A stretch of DNA of 64,000 bases, from assembly GCA_965222375.1 (NCBI GenBank), contig CBDCTZ010000011.1, forward strand, positions 320,001 to 384,000, read 5' to 3'. The position numbers and the translations under genes are program-made. The notes beneath the pieces are model-generated. The model was not told the origin of the DNA, searched no databases, and saw only the letters and a list, made by a program, of their open reading frames with translations. Source of the DNA: Polyangiaceae bacterium. Lineage in GTDB: Bacteria; Myxococcota_A; Polyangia; Polyangiales; Polyangiaceae. Positions 57,734 to 64,000 of this stretch are shown one piece after another (the first letter of the stretch is position 1; every line of letters begins with the position of its first letter).

Positions 57734-58440
57734 TGTACGGACTCGTTCGCTCCTTGTTGCTTCGCGTTCTGAGCGCGCCTACAGAGCCGCCGGACGCCCC
57801 GGCAGGTTCCCCTGACTCTGTCCAGGTCTTTCGCGCATCCAAGCGACTCTTGACCGTCCGCATGATCGGTCTGGCGCTGGTGATGGGGTTCTTCATCCTG
57901 CCCATGGTGCCAGCTTTCGTTGTTGGCCTCGCCGGAGACGCGCCTGCGGCCGCGATTGGAAGCGGCGTCGTCCTATTCGGCCTGGTCGGTCTGAGTCTGA
58001 TGCGCTGGTTCTTGATCCGACTGGATTGGGACATGCGCTACTACATCGTCACCGACCACAGCCTACGCATACGTCAGGGCGCGTTGATCATCCGGGAAAG
58101 CACCTTCACGTTTGCCAACGTACAGAATGTGAGCGTGCACCAAGGGCCGATCGATCGCCTAGTGGGCATTTCCAATGTACGTATCGATACGGCTGGTGGC
58201 GGTGGTGCGGCTCAGGGTCAACAGGGGATGGGTGGACATCAGGGCGTCTTGGTGGGCATCGAGAACGCCCCCGAAGTGCGCGACCGCATTCTCGCCCTCT
58301 TGCGTGAGTATCGCGATGCAGGTCTGGGCGACACGGACGACCAGCATCCGACCAAGGCGCTCAGCCCGAAGCATACGGAGCTTCTGCAGCAGATCCGCGA
58401 CGAGCTTCGCGGCGCCCGGGGCGTGCTCGCGGTGCAGTAG
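57730..58440 (+). CDS. Bacterial PH (bPH_2) membrane protein, second copy
   Basis: FANVQNVSVHQGPIDRLVGISNVRIDTAGG. Overlaps the upstream stop. Confidence 0.85.
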   Translation: MMYGLVRSLLLRVLSAPTEPPDAPAGSPDSVQVFRASKRLLTVRMIGLALVMGFFILPMVPAFVVGLAGDAPAAAIGSGVVLFGLVGLSLMRWFLIRLDWDMRYYIVTDHSLRIRQGALIIRESTFTFANVQNVSVHQGPIDRLVGISNVRIDTAGGGGAAQGQQGMGGHQGVLVGIENAPEVRDRILALLREYRDAGLGDTDDQHPTKALSPKHTELLQQIRDELRGARGVLAVQ

Positions 58441-58556
58441 CTCGTCCCGAACCTCGCTCTTGACGGAGTCGGAGCGACGGCCGCGACTGCGATCTGTCGT
58501 GCGCATGTTCTTTCGCGCTTCTGAGGGGTGGCCCGCGCCTTGCTCTAGAAGCAGGG

Positions 58557-59354
58557 ATGAGGAAACTCGTGCTCGCTTCTGCCGGGTTGATATTGCTCGC
58601 GGTTTCCGTCGCCAAGGCTGCAGAGTCCCAAGATCCAGACGTTCCGACGGTGGCACTGCCTGACGCAGAGACATCGCCGCTTCCAGCCGACGCTGTCGCG
58701 CCATCGCCACAGGGTGACGATGACGATGTGCCGAAGCCGCACATCGCGCCCGGCGCGCCGCCCGGAGTGCGTTCGCCCTTTTGGACACCGGAACCTGCTC
58801 CATGGGTTCGCCCCGGGCAGCGTGGGTCCCGCTGGACCGCGCCGAGTTATGCGCCCGCGTCCGACTCCGCGGACCCAGATTCGGCGCAGCCCGAAACGAA
58901 GCGGCAGTGGTATGGCTGGCAGACCCTACTCGTCGACGCAGGCTCGGTTGTGTTCATCGCGACCGCCATCGGAAGTGAAGAGAGTGCGTTGGTCCTGGCC
59001 GGGACTGCGGGCTTCTTCGCCGGGGGACCCATTGTGCACGCGGCGCACGGTCATGGCGGCAAGGCCTGGGGCAGCTTTGGATTGCGCGCGGGCGCGTCGG
59101 TTGGCCTGGCCTTCGTCGGGTATAGCCTGGCGGGTGGTGATAGTTGCCGGGGCGACCTTTGCGGATTGGCAGAGGCGATCTATGCCGGCGCCGGGTTCAT
59201 ACTCGGTGCCGGCACAGCTATCATCATCGATGCGGCCATAATCGCGAACGAGGATGTGAAAGCCGAGCGCCCGCGCGCGGCCAAGTTCATCGTCGCACCC
59301 AGCGTCGCGGCTACGCCCAAGGGTGCGTTCACGGGACTCTCCGGTACGTTCTGA
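58557..59354 (+). CDS. Hypothetical exported/membrane protein (WYGWQ family)
   Basis: Signal peptide, Pro linker, WYGWQTL, Gly-rich helices, C-terminus GLSGTF. Confidence 0.75.
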   Translation: MRKLVLASAGLILLAVSVAKAAESQDPDVPTVALPDAETSPLPADAVAPSPQGDDDDVPKPHIAPGAPPGVRSPFWTPEPAPWVRPGQRGSRWTAPSYAPASDSADPDSAQPETKRQWYGWQTLLVDAGSVVFIATAIGSEESALVLAGTAGFFAGGPIVHAAHGHGGKAWGSFGLRAGASVGLAFVGYSLAGGDSCRGDLCGLAEAIYAGAGFILGAGTAIIIDAAIIANEDVKAERPRAAKFIVAPSVAATPKGAFTGLSGTF

Positions 59355-59385
59355 CTCTCGACCGAAGTGTCCTGTGGAATCAGGT

Positions 59386-59463
59386 GCGGCCAAGTTCATC
59401 GTCGCACCCAGCGTCGCCGTCACGCCCAAGGCGCATTCACGGGGCTGGCGGGCACGTTTCGAC
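59386..59463 (+). repeat. Orphan duplicated 3' end of the WYGWQ paralogues
   Basis: The first 32 bp are identical to 59277-59308. The remainder matches the 3' end of 59567..60184 with a 1-bp deletion. Confidence 0.85.
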
Positions 59464-59566
59464 TCGAGCGCAGAGTAGGGCCGGCCCCGTGGCTGCGCCC
59501 ATGTTGGAACCAGTGAGTGAACTTTGCTTCCAGCTCACGGGCGCGCAACTTGCTTCATTCAGGCTG

Positions 59567-60184
59567 GTGCGCAAGCAGATCGTGGGTGGGCTCGTCGCGG
59601 CAATGGCGTGGCCGGGCGTGGCGTCGGCGTGGGAATTTCCAGACAAAGTGCGGCCACGATCGCGCTTTAGGGGCGCGACCGCGCACGCGCCGAGCACACG
59701 CGAGGTCGTGTCGGAGCCCACGACGCCCACCGACTGGTATGGCTGGCAGATCATAGCGGCGGACGCGACGGCGATCAGCCTTGTGCTGATCGGCGCGGGT
59801 GAGGAGGGGGACGCGGGCCCAGTTCTGGTGGCCGCGGGCTTCGGCGTGTTCCTGCTAGGGGCACCTTTTCTCCACGTCGCGAACGGTGAAGAGGAAAACT
59901 CTGCAGGTAGTGTTGCCCTGCGCATGGGGGCTCCTGTGAGTGGGTTCCTCCTGGGCGGATTTATCGGCGCTGGGTCGGGAGGTGATAACGATTTGGGCGC
60001 TGCATTGACTGGTCTCGTCATCGGTTTCACAGCTGGCGTCGCCACCGCCATGACCGTCGACGCCGCGTTCATCGCGAAGAAGGACGCGAAAATGGAACAC
60101 CCCGAGGCTGCTAAGGTCAGCGTTGCGCCCAGCGTCGCCGTCACGCCCAAGGGCGCGTTCACGGGGCTGGCGGGTACGTTCTGA
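59567..60184 (+). CDS. Paralogue of 58557..59354 (WYGWQ family)
   Basis: WYGWQII and C-terminus VAPSVAVTPKGAFTGLAGTF. Confidence 0.72.
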   Translation: MRKQIVGGLVAAMAWPGVASAWEFPDKVRPRSRFRGATAHAPSTREVVSEPTTPTDWYGWQIIAADATAISLVLIGAGEEGDAGPVLVAAGFGVFLLGAPFLHVANGEEENSAGSVALRMGAPVSGFLLGGFIGAGSGGDNDLGAALTGLVIGFTAGVATAMTVDAAFIAKKDAKMEHPEAAKVSVAPSVAVTPKGAFTGLAGTF

Positions 60185-60429
60185 GAGTCAGCGCGGGGCT
60201 CGCCAGCGCCGGTCACGAACGCGCCTAGTCTTGTCAACGCAGCATCGAGGGAGCCTCTTGGAGCTTCGGGAGTTCAGGCGCTGCGGGAGACCTCGTCCTC
60301 CGCGCGGGTCTGCCGGAAGCGCGACTTCGCCACGTTCAAAGGACATAGCAACCCCAGCGTCTGCCGCAGCAATCCTTCGAGACCCGGCTCCGCGCAGCCC
60401 TTTCCAGATGAAATCATATCCCTCGCCGC

Positions 60430-60481
60430 CGCGAACTACCGCAACTCAGCATCGGGGTCGCCCGACAAGGTGTCCCACCCG
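60430..60481 (+). repeat. 52-bp direct repeat, copy 1 (copy 2 at 62998-63049)
   Basis: CGCGAACTACCGCAACTCAGCATCGGGGTCGCCCGACAAGGTGTCCCACCCG, 2 mismatches to copy 2. Confidence 0.9.
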
Positions 60482-60585
60482 AGGGCTCATGATTCAACAC
60501 GTCTGAATCGGGTCACGGCGGGCACAGTGGCAGCGGCCGTCCACGCCCGAGACTCAACCCGCGCCGGTCACGCTGCAGAAACCCG

Positions 60586-62442
60586 CTACGGGACCAGAAT
60601 TGCGAGCGCCTGCCGCAAGAGGGCAGTCGTGTGTGCGGCGTGCGGGCCGCGAGTGTCACCTCGACACGCCAGCGCAGCTACAGCCTTCTTCGACTCTCCG
60701 CGCCGAAAGCCCATGTTCGTCAGGGCGCTGACAAGCTTGGATTCCACATCGGCCGAGTTCACGCAGGCTTGGTCGCGCACTTCGCGACCCCGCGAGGTCT
60801 CCGCGTCCAGATCGGCAGCTCCGCCTGCCGCATGCTCGAGGGAGCGGAATGACTGATTGGCGCGGAGTTCACAGGCGTCGTCCACGCGGCAGCTAGACGC
60901 GTCGGTCGGCACGACTTCGTCGGCACTGCTTGTGCGGCAGTTCGGCGTGTCGGTTGAGATGATTTCGTCGGCGCTGCTTGTGCGGCGGCTCAGCGCGCCG
61001 GTTGACGCAGGTTCGTCGGCGCTGCTTGTGCGGCGGCTCAGCGCGCCGGTTGACGCAGGTTCGTCGGCGCTGCTTGTGCGGCGGCTCAGCGCGCCGGTTG
61101 ACGCAGGTTCGTCGGCGCTGCTTGTGTGGCAGTTCGAAGCGTCCGGGGTCGGGGGGGGGTTGGCGTCACTTTGCTGGCAGTTCGAAGCGTCCGGGGTCGG
61201 GGGGGTGTCGGCGTCACTTTGCTGGCAGTTCGAAGCGTCCGGGGTCGGGGGGGTGTCGGCGTGACTTTGCCGGCAGGTCAGCGCGTCGGGTGCCGCGGGA
61301 AGTTCAGCGTTGGTCTGTTCAAGCGCGCTCCGCGACTGTCTGTCCAACCTCTGCTGGCGAAGGCGAATTCTGCTCTCGACGTATTTTCGTCCGAAGACCT
61401 TCTCGGCCTCGAATAAGTTGTGCGCGCGGCATAGCAGACGTCCGTTGCGAGTCGTGCCAGCGCCACCACAGGCGCGCGGGTTTTCGTGGTCGAGCTGCAC
61501 GAACGCGCGTGTCTGGCAGCGTTCTCCGCTTGGCGACGTGTACGTACACTGCTCGCCATCGCGCTCGTAGATCTCCCTGCGGGCCTGGCGAGAGAAGTCG
61601 CCGTGCTTGGTACCGGGAGAGCGCCGCGGTTTGTCAGTCTTGCCGAGCTTCTTCTTCTCCAGCTCTGCCAGCACCAAGTCGAGCCCCCGCTCGATGACCG
61701 TTGCCAAGTCTCGTTTCGGATTCGAGTGACTCATCAGGTCGAGGGCGCGCTCGAGCTTGTCCTTGAGGGAAACGCCCGCCGAAAACTGAATGTGAAAACG
61801 TTCTGTGGAAAGCGGTGACATGCGGGATCGGGGCTCGGTCGCCACTCGCGAAGCTCCGGCAGCCGATTGGCCCGCAGCGGCGAGGGCAACAGCCGCCGGC
61901 CCAGAGTCCGCCACATTCGACTGGCCCGCCGCCGCGCCACCGGATTGGCCCGCAACAGCGGTATTGCCTCCGAGCTGGGCTTGGACGAACACTGGGCAGA
62001 TCGCGTCTGCCACATCTGGCCTCGGGAAGCGTGAGCGGATCAAAAGTTCGACCTCGGCTTTGCTCTTGTCGCAGGCCGCTGCGAGCAACTCGGCGTGGTT
62101 TTCGACGGAAAGGTACGTCTGCAACATGCTGAGCGCTGTCACGTGGATTCGTCCTTCTCGCAGCAGGTCCAGGACCATCGGATAGCTGCGTGCAATCCGA
62201 GCTGCTGCAAGGTGCCGATGCGCACTGCCCTCGCTGAGCTTCAGCTTGCGGCAGCAGAACTCGTACATGGAGGAACACGCCTCCCTCAGCTCCAACCGCC
62301 GTGCTTCCACCTCGCCGAGGTACGCCACGAGCTGTGCCGTGATCCTACGCCGGGAGCCAATCACGCTGCCCAAGTTCGCCAGGACTTCATCGTCCGAGAG
62401 ATGAGCCATTCGCTTCGAGGTTCCCGACGATGTGAGTTTCAT
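60586..62442 (-). CDS. DUF222-like/HNH endonuclease protein with RuvA-C-like tail
   Basis: LGEVEARRL..CSSMYEFC, ERDGEQC..RC..QLDH..GG..NGRLLCRAHN, LVSALTNMGF..LLRQAL. Start 62442 or 62409. Confidence 0.85.
   Translation of the reverse strand: MKLTSSGTSKRMAHLSDDEVLANLGSVIGSRRRITAQLVAYLGEVEARRLELREACSSMYEFCCRKLKLSEGSAHRHLAAARIARSYPMVLDLLREGRIHVTALSMLQTYLSVENHAELLAAACDKSKAEVELLIRSRFPRPDVADAICPVFVQAQLGGNTAVAGQSGGAAAGQSNVADSGPAAVALAAAGQSAAGASRVATEPRSRMSPLSTERFHIQFSAGVSLKDKLERALDLMSHSNPKRDLATVIERGLDLVLAELEKKKLGKTDKPRRSPGTKHGDFSRQARREIYERDGEQCTYTSPSGERCQTRAFVQLDHENPRACGGAGTTRNGRLLCRAHNLFEAEKVFGRKYVESRIRLRQQRLDRQSRSALEQTNAELPAAPDALTCRQSHADTPPTPDASNCQQSDADTPPTPDASNCQQSDANPPPTPDASNCHTSSADEPASTGALSRRTSSADEPASTGALSRRTSSADEPASTGALSRRTSSADEIISTDTPNCRTSSADEVVPTDASSCRVDDACELRANQSFRSLEHAAGGAADLDAETSRGREVRDQACVNSADVESKLVSALTNMGFRRGESKKAVAALACRGDTRGPHAAHTTALLRQALAILVP
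60915..61290 (-). repeat. In-frame 48-bp tandem repeats inside the HNH gene
   Basis: Three copies encoding SSADEPASTGALSRRT-like units (60964-61107), three encoding ADTPPTPDASNCQQS-like units, plus degenerate flanking units. Confidence 0.9.
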
Positions 62443-62997
62443 GCTTACTTGCCTAACACGCGTATTCTTGGCTTCTCAGCTGACCCGCTGCGTGGCGATC
62501 GCGCCGCCAACCGCCGCGCGAGCCGTCTCGCGCGTGAAACCGCGCACGCGAGCCACCCACGCGCGGCACGCACGCACAAACTGTCGCGTCGCCGTTTCGC
62601 GCCGATGCGCGTGCGAAAACCTGTCAAGAAGATTCGTAAGAAAAGATGCAGCCGTGCGGCGCAACCGAGACGACCCGAGCGTGAGACAGATGCGAATCGA
62701 GCAGCGGAAATGGCGACCCAGACCGATGCCCAACCTGGGCGCGAGACGATGCCCAAGGCCCGAGCATCGAGCGCCGAATACCCGACCTACGCGCCGCTCG
62801 CGCTCCACGCCGTCGCATTGCTGCTCGACCTCCACTGGCGAAGGCGAATTGCACTGTCGACGTACTCACCCGAACGCCTGCGCTGAACAAGCAGACATTC
62901 GCGGCGCCGGCGCCCCGGCGGAGGTGCGGATGTGGCGGGCCCCCATAGGCCCGCCCGCACCGCAGCCCCCACCAGTCGAGACGACGCCACCCGCCGG

Positions 62998-63061
62998 CGC
63001 GAACTTCCGCAACTCAGCATCGGTGTCGCCCGACAAGGTGTCCCACCCGGGGTGGGACACC
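62998..63061 (+). repeat. 52-bp direct repeat copy 2, extending into a perfect 25-bp palindrome
   Basis: GGTGTCCCACCC-G-GGGTGGGACACC at 63037-63061. Confidence 0.88.
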
Positions 63062-63414
63062 GTACAGATTTTGCGCAACCAGGTCTTGCAGTGTGCCGAA
63101 CAAGTTGCCCTCCCACCCTGGGACTTTTGTGTTTGCAGTTTGTTGCAGTCGCGCTCTCTCTACCAGCCTGCCGTCAAGCGGCGGACGCGCTTGACGCGAT
63201 GGGGTCCTGTTTCCGGCCAACGCCGAGCGTCCTCGACCTCCGCCAAGAATACCTCGCGCCGATTGCAGGTGGCTCCCCTCCGCGTCAGCGAACTCGCGGG
63301 AGCCGCAATGAACCGTCGATGACGGCAGTGTCCGGCACATCCCCCCAAAAACCAAACGACAGATCGCCGTGCGCAATGCGAAATCCGAAATCCGCGCAAC
63401 ATGCGACTACCGAC

Positions 63415-63735
63415 CTAGCGAATCCCGCGCGCACAACATTCCCGCGCGCCCATCACGCCGAAGATACTGCGGCGTGTGACCCAGCCGTTCACGCCGCCGC
63501 GATTGTTGCCGATTTGAAAGCGTGGTCCCTGGGTCGCTCGAACCAAGTGCAGGTACTCGGCGCCGCGCACGCGGCACAGCACGACGTCGCCGACTGTGGG
63601 CTCGTTGGCTGCTAGCGGACGTACGGTGACCAAGTCCCCGTCGTTCACTTTGCCCGTCATGCTGCGCCCCCGCGGGCGGAAGCTCACGCTGGCTCCCGCT
63701 TGCAGCTTCTCGATGTGTCGCGCCGCCCAGCCCAT
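63415..63735 (-). CDS. Stand-alone S24/S26 peptidase-like small protein
   Basis: GGAGG RBS, RPRGRSM (Ser), GDLVTV, VGDVVLC, YLHLV, IGNN. Confidence 0.7.
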   Translation of the reverse strand: MGWAARHIEKLQAGASVSFRPRGRSMTGKVNDGDLVTVRPLAANEPTVGDVVLCRVRGAEYLHLVRATQGPRFQIGNNRGGVNGWVTRRSIFGVMGARECCARGIR

Positions 63736-64000
63736 CACGAGACCTCCACGTGGGAGCCCGGCGGCTCGAGCTGCTGTCGCGCCGGCGGATAGGACTGCGC
63801 TACCTGCTCTGCGATGCGGCGCTGGGATTCGACGAGATCCCAACTTCGTATGCGGTACACGCCGTCGCCGCAGGGCTCGTAGTATCGATCACTGCCCGGA
63901 ACGGCGAATTCACGCGGTCGCGAGCGTAGGTGCAGCTTGCCTCGAGCAAACGCACGCAGCACCAGCAGGCGCGTGGTGCGTCGCCGCACGCAGACGAGCT
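63735..64000 (-). CDS. Hypothetical protein, 5'-truncated by the window edge
   Basis: Open frame whose stop overlaps the ATG of the downstream gene. Confidence 0.4.
   Translation of the reverse strand, partial: LVCVRRRTTRLLVLRAFARGKLHLRSRPREFAVPGSDRYYEPCGDGVYRIRSWDLVESQRRIAEQVAQSYPPARQQLEPPGSHVEVS

Noticed and set aside
60915..61290. 48-bp repeats as a CRISPR array or multi-core RiPP precursor
   Set aside because: They are head-to-tail, without spacers, and in frame inside the HNH gene.
62432..63322. Long plus-strand ORFs upstream of the HNH gene
   Set aside because: No recognisable motifs and an Arg/Pro-rich composition typical of spurious high-GC frames.

Overview
High-GC window that looks myxobacterial (Polyangiaceae-like). 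This is inferred from a MYXO-CTERM protein, many Gly- or Cys-rich lipoproteins, a PEGA/Ser-Thr kinase remnant and a Cys-rich ferritin-like protein. The main system is a complete-looking 13.7 kb RiPP cluster (13560-27212). It has two Nif11-type double-glycine precursors with unrelated Cys-free cationic cores, a YcaO/TfuA thioamidation pair, a cNMP-binding-fold protein, an NHLP/NHLM-type HlyD plus C39-ABC plus ABC exporter, an M29-like metallopeptidase, and a cobalamin-dependent CX7CX2C radical SAM C-methyltransferase. Downstream of groES-groEL (CIRCE upstream) lies a roughly 12 kb variable region bounded by a relic copy of the groEL 3' end. It holds AbiEi/AbiEii and HTH-MNT/HEPN modules, duplicated META lipoproteins (one frameshifted), and a four-helix-bundle gene whose RBS sits in a perfect hairpin. 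The window also has two families of structured intergenic repeats, several orphan duplicated gene 3' ends, and an HNH gene flanked by direct repeats. No rRNA, tRNA, CRISPR array, integrase or transposase was recognised. All family calls come from motif recognition by eye, not database searches.
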